Source: Vermamoeba vermiformis
Lineage: Eukaryota
Length of the DNA: 64,000 nucleotides
Assembly (NCBI GenBank): GCA_045837725.1
Contig: JBEWZL010000163.1
Span: forward strand, 1 to 64,000
Reading direction: 5' to 3'
Every line of letters starts with the position of its first letter. Positions within the stretch are counted from its first letter, which is position 1. Positions 37,506 to 49,914 of the stretch are shown here, piece by piece. Under the pieces are notes generated by a model, which saw only the letters and a program-made list of their open reading frames with translations, searched no databases and was not told the origin of the DNA. The position numbers and the translations under genes are program-made.

Positions 37506-38465
37506 ATGAATATGGCTGCATTTTTGGAGAACCAAAGAGATCTCATTCTTCAATTCTTCAAAAAAAACCTAGCCAATGTAAAATATGTTTGCATTCCAGA
37601 CCCACCCTGGTATGAAAACAAAGGAGATAGTGCCATTTACCTTGGAGAAATTGCATTATTGGAAAAACTTGGGATAGAGTTAGTTCCGTGGGATGATTCA
37701 AGAGTACAACTAGTATTGCTAACTGGAGGTGGAAATTTTGGTGACCTTTGGCCAGATGTTCATTTGGCTAGGAAGATTTTCATAAAATTTTTAGCTGATA
37801 AGCCAATCATTATCGCACCTCAAACGGTGTTCTACAGAAACAGCTCTACACTTGCTGATGATGATTCATGGCTGAGCAAGACCCTCAATTCTAGTTTTCT
37901 TTTTTGTGTAAGAGATGAACGGTCCTTCACAGAAAGCAAAAAATTCTCTGCAGCCAGTGCACATTTGTTACCTGATATGGCCTTTATGCTGGATGTCCCA
38001 CAGAGCCTAACCCCACCAATTTATGATGTAATAGTTCTAGCACGCACTGATTTGGAACAATCTAATGCTGGCCTCTGGGAGAGCAAAGAAATCCTTTGTC
38101 AAAAGTTTAATGAACACGGAATCTCATATTTCATCACTGATTGGAGAGAACCGACAACTGATGAGCCATGTTCTATGCAAGATCTCTTTCTTAATCCTGC
38201 TAAAATTGTTGAACAAACAAAACGGTTGGCCAAGAACAGGGTGGATCATGCAATTGCATTGCTATCCAAAGGCAAAATTGTTTTAACAGACAGACTGCAC
38301 GGCCACATATTGGCAACATTAATAGGCAAAAAGAACATTGTTTTAGATAACAGCTATGGAAAAGTTTCAGCTTATATCCAAAAATGGACTTACTCCAGTG
38401 AGGAAGTTCGGTTGGCCACCTCTGTTGAAGAAGCTGTTTCTGCAGTGGTGAAAGAATTGATTTAA
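37506..38465 (+). CDS. Polysaccharide pyruvyl transferase (EpsI/Pvg1-like), intronless
   Basis: NKGDSAIYLGE, GGGNFGDLW, PQT, VRD..S, PDMAF, TDRLHGHILA. Confidence 0.9.
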   Translation: MNMAAFLENQRDLILQFFKKNLANVKYVCIPDPPWYENKGDSAIYLGEIALLEKLGIELVPWDDSRVQLVLLTGGGNFGDLWPDVHLARKIFIKFLADKPIIIAPQTVFYRNSSTLADDDSWLSKTLNSSFLFCVRDERSFTESKKFSAASAHLLPDMAFMLDVPQSLTPPIYDVIVLARTDLEQSNAGLWESKEILCQKFNEHGISYFITDWREPTTDEPCSMQDLFLNPAKIVEQTKRLAKNRVDHAIALLSKGKIVLTDRLHGHILATLIGKKNIVLDNSYGKVSAYIQKWTYSSEEVRLATSVEEAVSAVVKELI

Positions 38466-39869
38466 ACACAGTTGGAAATTTAAATGCAGTTTACTATTTA
38501 TAGATGCCTTAATAAAAGCAAGCAAATTAACCTTAGAGACTTGATTGCTTATTTTTGCACAAAATCTAATTGCAAGCAATAGTAAAATGTGTGCATATGC
38601 TCAAAACAAGCAATTGCTGTGGACAAGAATTCCCAATTAACCACTTCACTTATTTAGGATGGTGACCAATTGTTGAGAATTGACCTCTGAATTAATTGAA
38701 GCAAGCCAAATAGTTCAATTTGATGGATTTGCTTGAGAAAGAAAATAGTTACCAAACCTCAATACATTTACACAAGCTGAAAGTTAGTTGGAATCTTCAA
38801 TTTAACTCGAAGTTGAATTTGTTTAATTTAAAAAACAATGAATTTGCTCCAAAAAAAGGACAATTTTTCCCCTCTTTCATGAAAAAAAAGGCTTCATGAA
38901 AAAAAATGCAGAATCATTCCCAATCATCAAAATCTTCTTGTCTAACTTGTGCCACAACTCCTTCTACCTGAAGAAAAAGACTATGGCATCTAACTTTGAG
39001 TTGCTTGAAATGATTATTGGCAATGCTAATCATGTTTCCTGGCAAATCTCACCCCTCCAAAGGATGTTCCCCTAGCTGTGGCTGTGCCCATGGCAGACAC
39101 TACAAATCCCAGGACTGTCTATCTCAAACATCACTTCAGGGAAGGCTCCTCCAAGGGCTAGCTCCTGCCAACCACCAGGAGTACACCAGTGCCACTTACA
39201 AGACCACGAATCTGTTGCAATTGCACCCCACCAAGTTCCACTTCTCCTCCATCAACACCCTGTGGGTGTTCTGGCGCATTTCAAACTACATTGCACAGCC
39301 ATGAACAGCTATGATGTGGAGTACTCAGAGCCCTACATTGACTTGCTCAAGTGGAGACACTTGAGGAGGTGATGGAGAACACTTGTCACAACCATGAGCA
39401 ATTCAGAGCATGCTTCACTGACATAGGCTGGCCCATCATGGAGAACAAGCCAGAAAATTTGCAAACTAACTCGTGAAGTCACCAATCGTAAAGAATATTG
39501 TCATTCATTGTTGCTCAAACGCCCATTCAAACACAGAAAGGAGTGCACCTCACTTCTTTGCTCAACGATGTGAACAGTATTTGCCTTGAGGACTAGCACG
39601 AGGATGTGCAGTTGAAGTTGCACTAACCATTGCCAGAACGTTGCACAGACCAGGCAAGTCTTCACACAACAATTATTGCCAATGTTGCGGTTTCTTTGTG
39701 GTGACCATTTTCTTTCTCGCGGGCAACTCGATCAGTCGAGCACCAAACGCGAGCACCACTCCTGTATCTCCCTCTTCTGACGTGCTTTGTTAGCTCATGA
39801 CGAGCAACAGATGACTCGCCACCTTATTCTATCAATTAACATCAAAAATATTACAAACGCTAAATATTC

Positions 39870-40373
39870 AAGAAAATCACGCATCGCTGGAGAAGATCTG
39901 ATTGTTAAATTGTCCTGCGGGTGGAAGCAGATAAAAAAAAATTAAATTGTTTTTGTTTACGTACTTTATCGCTAATGCTTTATCGCAGCCTTCGAAGGTG
40001 CATTTGAAAGGCTTTTCGCCTGTGTGGGGACAACAGGTGGCGCCGTAAATGAGAGGCACGAAAAAATGTCTTGTTGCGCCTTCTGTATCGTATTTATAGG
40101 GTCTCCGAAATTAAAGTAAAATTAGAACGGCAAATCCACGATTTTGAACAAAAAAATTCAAGATTACCCTATGGTGGGCGATAATATGCTGCTTGGCAGC
40201 CTTTAGGTAGCGCTTGCTGCATCCTTCATAAGGACACAGGAAGGATTTTGACTCTGTATCAAGATCGAACCTCAGCCTCCACCTTCATCCGATACTTCAT
40301 CGTCGTGATCCGACGATATCTGATCACTGGCTAACACCGTGGTATGAGATATGAATAGGGACTCTACTTGCAT
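39870..40373 (-). pseudogene. C2H2 zinc-finger (TFIIIA-like) gene fragment, frameshifted
   Basis: FLCPYEGCSKRY...H and HTGEKPFKCTFEGCDKA; stop and frameshift after the ATG exon. Confidence 0.6.
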
Positions 40374-40573
40374 GGTGGCGAGCAAGAGGCAAACGGAGAA
40401 ATGAAAAAATTATAAAATGCATTTTACGGGCACGCACGAAAAAGGATAAATAGCTTTGTATATTACCTCGATTATTTATGTTTATGTCTCGGGTAGATAC
40501 TCAACATCGAGGTAATATAATTTAATTCATTCGGCCAAACTAACTTCGGCATAATGGAATGATCACGTGGTCA

Positions 40574-41200
40574 TTTCATGAACCACAACCATTTTTTTTT
40601 TGTTGTTCTCGTTTAACTCCGTGCTAGCAAACTTACATCAAGAACGCGCGCAGCGGAGCTTTCGCGCTAGATCTTGGCAAATTTGAGCAGCGTTTAACGC
40701 CCAATCGCAGTACTGTGCCGACCAACAAGACTGTGAAGCCAAAATAGGTTAAGTACTGAAATAGTATTATACGTATAATATTATTATTCCGAACAACCCT
40801 TTGATATTTGTGCGCATTCTTTAAGCTTCGTTTAACCCTTGGGAACTTCCCACCGCTAAAATTTGTTTTAAGTTTTCGGGCTTAAGTAATGCTACATTTG
40901 AGCAATGCACGTGTTTCCCTTTACTTACACGTGTAAGTCTTCGCCTTTCATGAACCACAGAGCTCTTTTTTTTTTGTTCTCCGGTGAAACGTACATCAAG
41001 ACGCGCGCAGTGGAGCTTTCGTTGCACTAGTTTTTGGCTGAATTAAGCAAGGCACGGCGCCCAATGCATTGAAATGCAGTGCTGCGCCGAACAACAAGCA
41101 CTGCGAAGCCCGCTTAAGTTGCATATGGTAATGAAATAAAACTGTATTATTCTATTTACGTTCTGCACGCTGATATTGGTACGCATTCGTTTAGCTGTAA
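40574..41200. repeat. Diverged tandem duplication (~230-bp copies starting ~40574 and ~40946)
   Basis: Both copies read TTTCATGAACCAC...TACATCAAG.ACGCGCGCAG.GGAGCTTTCG...GCCGA.CAACAAG. Confidence 0.75.
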
Positions 41201-42049
41201 GGCCCCGATTTAGCATCTGTACCGGTCGCGTGCTTGGGAAACATCCCAACGCTAAAATTGGCCCAAAATCGCCGAAAAAGATTTGCAACGCAACTTAATT
41301 TAATTTAATCATACGATAATGCATTTACATCGTTATACGGAACATTTCAATGTAAGTTAGGCATCAGTCGTCAGTCTTTTCAGTTTCATTTTTGACGGAG
41401 GAATCGCCGGCTGTTAGAATGATTCGACAATCTTATTGTTGCACTTACTCGCTTCCATCGGTTCTCTTGCTTACTATATCGGAATATTAGCAGATGAAGT
41501 ATGAGAGGAATCTGTTTACGTACAGAACGTGCTTCGATCTTGGCGGTTGAAGCTGTTGAGCCGCTATTGCAAGCACGCTATTATATCACCAACGTACATT
41601 ACCACGATAGCTTACAACGCCTACTACGAGTTGTTCAACGGTGAGTAAAGAGTTTCGGCGAAAATGGGTTTTTTCGTTGAAAACGTACCCGAAACCAAAA
41701 TAGCTCAAGCTCAAACCAGATCAAAACGCTTTGTGCTTTTTCTAAATGCTTCTGTGACAACAAATTGCACGGAATTCGATTGTATTTGCCGCTGTGCATC
41801 GCTGAGCGCCAACCAACGGCGAATAGGAGCACAAAGAGCTTCGTTTTCGCTTCAGTTTTACCAACCAACAATTGCACCCGATGGAACACATCGCGACCAC
41901 CACATTAGCGAATGCCTATTGTCAATAAGAGCATTACAAAGTGAGTCAAGACCGATTTACGTTTTCTGAATTTGGGAAATCTCGCTAGCGGTACCTTTTC
42001 ATGAACCAAACCACCATTTTTTGTTCGTTCGAATCCTTTAGTCGCCTTG

Positions 42050-42606
42050 CTTGCTTCCTGCCCGCACCAGTCGCAGACATACCGACAGTACTCAACTCGT
42101 AGAACTATTCAGTATCAGACCCGATCGACTGCATGAATTGCGCCATTTAGCTCTTGCCTGCACGCTGCTTCTTCACACGGTGCAAAGTCGTGCGGCACTA
42201 CATCGCAATTGTTGAACACGGCAGCTTGGTCTCGTAAATATACTGCAAGCATAGGGCATGTTCGACATAAACGTGGCGGGATTGGACAAGCGCGGTGTCG
42301 ACCACGAAGATGAAAACTGTGGGGTATTGGCCGGAATGCTTTGGTGATAATGGTGCCCGATGCGACCAATTGAACACTTCAATGACCATAGCGATGAAAA
42401 TAATCTAATAATAAGGATCAGTAACGGAAAGAACGTGCATCCAGGAAGATCGTACTTAACTTGGCGCTCGATTCTCAACGAAGTCCATCCATGACTTGAT
42501 CGAACCTCGTGGCAAATAAATTAAACGAGGTCAATATACCACCGTTAGGGCCCAAACTGCCAGACAATAGGCTTGCTGTCTGGTTCACCAAATTTCGGCC
42601 ACGGAT
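42050..42606 (-). pseudogene. GPN1: GPN-loop GTPase 1 pseudogene fragment
   Basis: Across frameshifts: [65 protein letters not shown]. Confidence 0.8.
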
Positions 42607-43292
42607 CTGTCAATAAAATAATTAGAAAAAAAAATTTTTTAGTGTTACTGTAACTCGAGGTCGTATATTATCTTTAATGTGATAAATTTGATGGTAATAT
42701 AATTTTTTAAGCTAAAAATCGATTTTGAAAGGTACCACTTTCGATGGGATCGATTAAGTCGTCACAATTACACTAGCGAAACTAAGGAAATGAATAGGTG
42801 TATATGGTTTATATTTTCTTACGTTCTACAGTTATTTTTGGTCCGGATTCACTGTTGGTCCGGATTGGTATTGCGTGGGTTTGTCATCGGCGGGAGTCGT
42901 ATTTGTATTAGCCTCGATTATTTTCTACAAATGTGGTCGTGGCTTTAATTGCTAATCTTGTTGACTTGCGACCAGGCAGACAAGATGAAAAAGAAATCGA
43001 GCGCGTGCTTATTTTGACCAACTTCGTTTGAAGTATTTCCATAGGCACCTCCCTAGTATTTCCAGTAGTAATAGCAACCATGAGAAACACGCTACAGATA
43101 ATGTCACTCCGCTAAGCAAATCGGTGCATTCGGCACCTTTGGACTATCAACTCTACCACTAAGGTGAGTAAAAACCTGCAACAGATGCCGAACGCATAAA
43201 TAATATTAAAAAATCGTAAAAAAATATTTTAATCGGTTCTTAATAACAATGCTCATTGTTTGAGCCCTTCTTTAATTTTCATCTGCGTTTAG

Positions 43293-43410
43293 ACGGAGTT
43301 CCAGTCTCCTTGGTGCACGATCTGCCTCTGGGCGGATGAAAAGAGAAGGGTATTATCAACATCGTCATCGAAATCCCTCGCAGTACTCATGCTAAGCTCG
43401 AACTCAAGGA
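43293..43410 (+). pseudogene. Soluble inorganic pyrophosphatase exon fragment
   Basis: GVPVSLVHDLPL...KGIINIVIEIPRSTHAKLE resembles family I PPase SPWHDIPL...VVEIPRWTNAKLE; truncated. Confidence 0.65.
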
Positions 43411-44251
43411 GCCGAGCACGTGAGCGCTGCTGAAGCGTACGTCAAAAATAATTCCATTAAAGCAGTGAATAACAATGCTTTCAATAAACTCGCTGATGGC
43501 AGCAATATATCAAATATTTTAATAACACCTTGGCCGAAACTGTTTAAATGGCAACGGTGTACAGTAGTGCAGATCCCGTAATAAAACTGATCCTTGCAAA
43601 AGACAATGTTTTAGTAGAGCCAAATACAAGCACGCTATTATATCACCAACGTACATTACCACGATAGCTTACAACGCCTACTACGAGTTGTTCAACGGTG
43701 AGTAAAGCGGTTTCGGCGAAAATGGGTTTTTTCGTTGAAAACGTACCCGAAACCAAAATAGCTCAAGCTCAAACCAGATCAAAACGCTTTGTTCTTTTTC
43801 TTAACGCATCTGCGACAACAAATTGCACGGAATTCGATGGTATTTGCGGCTGTGCATCGCTAAGCACCAACCAACGGCGAATAGGAGCACAAAGAGCTTC
43901 GTTTTCGCTTCAGTTTTACCAACCAACAATTGACCCGCTGGAACACATCGCGACCACCACATTGTTGCTTGTCAATTGTCAACAAGAGCAGTACAAAGCA
44001 AGTTAAGACCGATTTACCGCATTATTCGTTTCATGAAACAAAAATAGTTTTTTGTTCGAACTTAAACAGCACTATGCCAGCGCTTAGCACCACAACGCAA
44101 CTGTTCCTAGGAGCTCATATCGACATCGTTAAAGTACTGTTTGCTGAAAATAAAACCGTAATAGCATAGCCATTTGGTTTGTTTCATTCGTATTTTTCGT
44201 TTTTAATGAACCCTAACTAGCAATTTTCTTTGGGTGAGTTTATTTAATTAT

Positions 44252-46747
44252 TTACAATGGATGGTGCTTCTTTTGTTTCTTAAATTGCATATAACCGATA
44301 AGACTCATGCCCGATATGATCAAAATAGAAACAATTAATGTAGCAACCATTCTAGTGGTTGCAGAGCTGGCTTCTTCCTTGGCCTTCTTCAGCTTCTCTT
44401 CAGCAACTTCAAGGTCCTTTTCCATCCGCTTGCGTTTGAACTGCTCAGTGTCGAGTTGCGCTTGCAGCTTCAACGTCTAAAACAAATGAGTTACCTCTGT
44501 CGATTGAGACACGTGTGTACCTTATCGTAGAGCTCCTTCTCTTTGCTATCATCATTTTTATCGTCACTTTTGACAGCAGCAGCGACACGCAAGTCGCCCT
44601 CGTCCCACCAAGCAATGCGACTGGTGTACGACAAGTGTGAATTGTAATCGTCGTCCAAACGGCGGTTGAACGCTTCGGATTTCGGAAAACGCTGCTACGT
44701 GTCAGTTTTGAGCTCACCATCCTCTGTAAGTACTCACCGAATAAGTGCTCTTGCACCACGAGGTACCCATACCGGTCGAATCCAAGTGAACAATGAACGA
44801 ATCGGGCACACCATAAACCCTATCCGCGCATTAGTTAACAACCACCAAAGACAATCAACTGACCTGTAACCAGCGCGCATTAATTCGGTGAAGTGAACGA
44901 TCTTGTCTTGACCACAGCCAACGAATACTTCTTCGAACCTGTGGGCAGCGTGTGAGAACGATGTCAACGAACAGACAACACAAATCAACATACAATGGAT
45001 AGTCGCGAGTTGAGATGTAGTAAGGCTCAAAGCCGCCAGCGTGGCCATTCGAGACTTCAAAGATTTCGGTGGCAGTTTTCCTGCGTGGAAAGTTAGAATA
45101 ATTGCGCCTCTCGGGAGTTTCAAACGCACCATTGCGCGTATGGGAATGCGCGGTGAGAATCGAACTTGACGCTCAGTGGCTGAATGCCAGTCTCGTCACG
45201 AGGATCTTCGTTGTAAATCTTCCACAACTCTTCCTTGTCCTTCGGGAACTTAGTCTCAAGATCGTAATTTGGATGCGAGATTTCTTTGTTCCACGTGATC
45301 AAACCAGGCACAATGTACACCGCCTTAGGCTGTTCTTTAAGTCGTTTTCTGCAGATGGTTAGACAGGTCACTCGGTTAAATGAATGTTATTACTTAATCT
45401 CCGAGAACGATTTGGAGTGACGCATCATTCGATTGGGAACAAAATCGGCCTCGACGTAGAACACATTCGTAGTTCGAGCGAATCTAAAGCAGTTGGTCAG
45501 TGTCTCCTATTAACAAGTGCAACAATCTTACTTGACTCCAATGTTACGCAAAATGTTTACAGGGAATGGCCGATCACCTGTTTGCATGAGAGGGATCTGA
45601 CAGCCACGCATTAATATGATACACGAGTACGCGAATAAAATATCTGCTTACATTGTCTTCTACGACCAAATGAATGTCGACATGACGCCTCATCGCATCA
45701 GAAGTGAACCAATTGCTCAACACCTCCGCGACCTCGCTCTCGTAGTTGGATTGAATGTAAATGGCAGCTGAAATGGGTCCTCGATAGAGCTCGGCCATCT
45801 GTTTGATGCGCACCATACGATCGATCGTGCACATCGTCGTCATGGTAACATCATCACCAACCTAGTCTCGATTAGCTACTCCTTCGAGTCTACCATAATA
45901 TTGTTATACTCACGGGCTTCTCTTCAGCAGTCAAAAAGAATTCATGGATCGGCTTGACCAACTTTCGCGGCAGCTTTGAAAACACGATTGATGAAGCATT
46001 GATACCGATCTCGGTCGGCACATCAAACGTAATGTCTCTGCACGGGCCCGCACACGAGTCCGATGAGTAACCCGCGTCAGATTGATGGCTGCCTGCGATA
46101 AAAAGAAATTAATCAAACTTGACCTGAGCGTAACATTTAATACCTCTGAACCGGCAAATCAACGCTTCTCCTTTAATATCTCTAAATAATGCCCAGCGAA
46201 TAGGTTTAAATGGCAAAACAACCATCATCTATCACAAGGATAAGTTGAGGCGATCGGATGTCAAAAACGATTCAACCACGTACCTCACCAGTAGAGCCTC
46301 TAAAAGCCTCGTCCATAACATAAGATTCGTCAATATATTTAACATCAATGTTCACTGAGGTGCCGGGTTTTTTAGCGACTATGACAATAGTTGAAGGATC
46401 GCTATCTGCGTTATAAAAATTAAGAAAACAGTGCATAATTAGTGGACTAAGTTTCTATCAAGTAAAAGCGCGACGATCAAATTTTCTAAATTATTATTTA
46501 AATTGAAATAATTTTCGGTTTTACCTTCTTTCCAATCATTCCAGCCTGGATTTGCTTGACCACACGTCTCGTGATTTTGAGGCTTCCAATTTTTTACGAC
46601 CTTGTTTGTATCGATGGGAGTGAAAGGGCCGATCTTCGGGTACCATCCTTGGTGGTGGGGAAACCAGCCAGCAGTGCTGCTCAATGCCGGAACCACCAAT
46701 ACGAAAAACGTAACAGCGACAACCGCTAAATGAAGCCAACCTTTCAT
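44252..46747 (-). CDS. Glycosyltransferase family 49 (LARGE/B4GAT1-like) with signal peptide and C-terminal coiled-coil + TM, multi-exon
   Basis: VTMTTMCTIDR...YRGPISAAIY, PVNILRNIG, YVEAD, FVGCGQDKI motifs. Confidence 0.75.
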
Positions 46748-47687
46748 TGTATCGTGGCTGAGTTTGGCACAAAAATACCCAATCAAAAGATAAATGTTTT
46801 GGATGACGTCGCCTTCAGAAGAGGTCCCTCAGAATAATGCGTTGATAGAGAATGGTCCTCGTTCACACTACTACCAGTGTGGTGTATATTGTCGGAGGCC
46901 GATATATCGTCACTCAAGACCACCATACATATCGGCGGTCTTTTTTCCATTTTTTTTGAATTTTGATCAAAAAATAATTTCAGTGTATCAAAGCATCAAT
47001 TATCTTACACATACTACAATATATACGATACTATTGTGTTGTAAATTACACGAAATTGCGACTGTTGGCACGGGCAGATGCAGAACATCCACATCGTGTC
47101 GTGCTCATTCTGTTCTTGTTTTGGTGGAAGTGCCCAACGCAGGCGACAACGGTGTATTACAATATATGTTTCATTTACTCAAAAAACACCTCAGGAACCT
47201 CTGTGGTGATGTTTTGGGGGAGAATAGGTCGAGTGACAATATTGCTCCCGCCCAAAAAACTAGCCGTTTAATGAAATCTCATAAGAACGTGTCATGATTT
47301 ACGTGAAATAAACTCGGGCTCTTTTCCTCCCACACCTAACCTTTTGGGACCTTCAAAAGGTTGTCCCAAACCAATTTAAAACAACTATTTGATATTAAAA
47401 TATAATAGGGTCATATTAAAAAATTTCTTGTGCATCTGACGATAGCCACCGGTAGAAAGTTTACTTGCCAACTTAAGCTCTACACGATCTCTGATCTAGG
47501 TCTCGCGGCGTCTGACTCTCAGAATAACAAACGCACAGAAACCCTGGTGTGTCTCTGCACAGCTGAGAACTTTATCAGAAACAAAAAACCAAACGATCGG
47601 CGACAACAAAGCCACAATTTTTTTTATTTTATTAATTGAAACGAAGTAACCGGTTACTAGCTAGCTAACAACTTACAAGTTACAACA

Positions 47688-49562
47688 ATGTCGGAAACCA
47701 AACGATTGAAATTACGGGTCGATGCGCCCGAGTTTGTGCCTATCGTAAGTCTAATTAAACTTGGAGCTCATTACTTAATAAAATACAAATTAAATATCAC
47801 GGCAACAATATTGCCCTTTACAACACGGTTAGAAATTAATATTAATTAAATTTTTAAAGCCGATGGGCACTAATGCTCAAGTAATGTCCGCTCAAGAAGA
47901 GCGTGTCGAGGAAACGGCAAGACAACTCGATTGACTCTCGGTTGGACGTGAGTCTTGGGAAGATACTCCTACATCCGATCCTCTTCCCAAGACTGAGGAC
48001 TCTGACAGCGGTGAACACTCCGCTGAAGAGTCTGTCATTGCAGAGACGATGGCGCTTATCGCTGAAGAAGATAAGCGTGAGCACGTAAATGTGACGTTCT
48101 TTGGTCACGTTGGTAAGCTCTAGATCTTTAATTCACTGAGAACTCGCACTAATCTCCACGTATAGATGCGGGCAAATCTACGATATGCGGAAATATTCTG
48201 TTCCAGTCTGGAGCGGTCTCCGAGCGTGACATCCAAAAGTACGCGAAGGAAGCTGCAGAGAAAGGAATGGACAGCTGGTTGTGGGCTTACATCATGGACA
48301 TAAACAAAGAAGAGCGTGAGAGGGTAAGTAATAGCCTTATTAATGGCAGGTTATTCCGAATGGTAGTACTAATCGTTGTGCATAGGGCAAGACCGTGGAG
48401 CTTGGTGTCGCTCGCTTCATGACTGCCAGCAGAAGATTCACCATTCTTGACACGCCAGGTCACATCTCGTACCTCACGAACATGATGCTCGGTGCGATGC
48501 TCGCTGATGTCGGCATTCTCGTCATCTCTGCTCGGCGCGGTGAATTTGAAGACGGTTGGGACGGAACCAATTCACCCACGAAGCAACACTTGGCACTCGC
48601 GCGTGCTCTTGGCGTGCAGCGCTTGGTTGTCGTCGTGAACAAGATGGATGAAGTCACGGTGCAGTGGAAAGAAGAGCGCTTCAGAGGCATTGAGCAGACC
48701 TTGCGTCCGAAGCTCAAGCTGCTTGGATTTAACGATCCCAGCATCTACTTCGTCCCTGTGTCTGGCTTCACCGGCGCCAACATCAAGGATCGTGTTGACT
48801 CCAAGGTGTGCTCGTGGTACAATGGTCCCTCGCTCTTTGAAGTCCTAGATGTTCTTCCTGCTGTGACACGCGATCTGAATGCTCCACTTCGCATACCAGT
48901 GATGGACCGTTATCGCGAACAAGGTCTGCACGTCGTGGGCAAGATAGAAACTGGCACTCTTAATCTGAACGACAATCTCGTTCTCATGCCAGGCAAAGTC
49001 CCCGTTCAAGCTGTCAAGATCCTAGCCGACGCAGCGAACAAAGTGCGTGCAGTCGCAGGAGACCAAGTGTGCGTGACGATCAAGTCCAATCAGTTGACAG
49101 AAGAGCAGATCTATCCTGGTCAAGTACTCTGCCCTATTTCCAGCCCCGTGCCTGTGCACAATGAATTTGTGGCCAAGTTGTTCGTGCTGAGCGACGTGTT
49201 GACCAACAATTTGCGCGCCAAGCTACACTGCAATGTTGCGACTGTTGAATGCACCCTCGAAGTCATCATGGCGCGTATCGACCCCAAAACTGATGCTGTG
49301 CTGGAGAAGGTGCCCTCTATTGTCAAGAAACACAGCGTGATCTTCGCGCACATCAAGATCGCGAAGCAGATCTGCATTGAGACCTTTGCCAACACCCCAC
49401 AGCTGGGTCGCGTCTTGTTGCGAAATCAAGGTAAGTCAAGAGCACTGATGACAGTCATCCCTCAACAACTAACGTGCGTTAATTACAGATTCCACCGTGG
49501 CCTACGGAAAAGTCATGGCGCTCGGAGCACCTAAGAAAAAGAAAGATGCTAAAGCCAAGTAA
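47688..49562 (+). CDS. eRF3: Eukaryotic release factor 3-like translational GTPase, 4 introns
   Basis: N-terminal PAM2-like LRVDAPEFVP; GHVDAGKST; ERERGKTVE; ILDTPGH; NKMD; LGRVLLR. Confidence 0.85.
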
Positions 49563-49914
49563 TGAATAGATTAAATCTGCTATACAATCATTCATTTGCG
49601 GCCACCCCTCGTGTCGGCAACATTGGTTATTCATTTGAAAATAAATCTGTTTGCATTAACGGAAAAAGCTTGTCAATTCATAATACCCCTCGAATCGACA
49701 GGAAAGACCAGGGCTCAGTCGCGATGTGGCATGAAAAGACAGCAAAAATTTGCAAAGTCAGCGAACTATGCCTGAAATTCAGATCAACGCCTTTGGAAAT
49801 TTCGAACTTTTTAAGCTTTTAGGCCAGAAAAAAAATATGCTGCGATATATCATTTTAATAGTAAATAACAAGAGAAAACCACGATTGGCATAACGTTAAC
49901 AACAAGGAATCAAA

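Larger units (their letters stand above)
41570..44058. repeat. Two near-identical ~400-450 bp direct repeats (41570-~42027 and 43627-~44058) bracketing ~1.6 kb
   Basis: Both start CAAGCACGCTATTATATCACCAACG; near-identical ORF translations at 41664 and 43698. Confidence 0.9.

Noticed and set aside
38982-39710. Coding-like CpG-poor stretch
   Set aside because: Frameshifted and unassignable
41664-44006. Duplicated ~100-aa ORFs as genes
   Set aside because: They arise from the direct repeats, have no protein motif, and their ends diverge by frameshift
47688-49562. EF-1alpha or HBS1 assignment
   Set aside because: PAM2-like N-terminus, acidic extension and GKTVE motif fit eRF3 better
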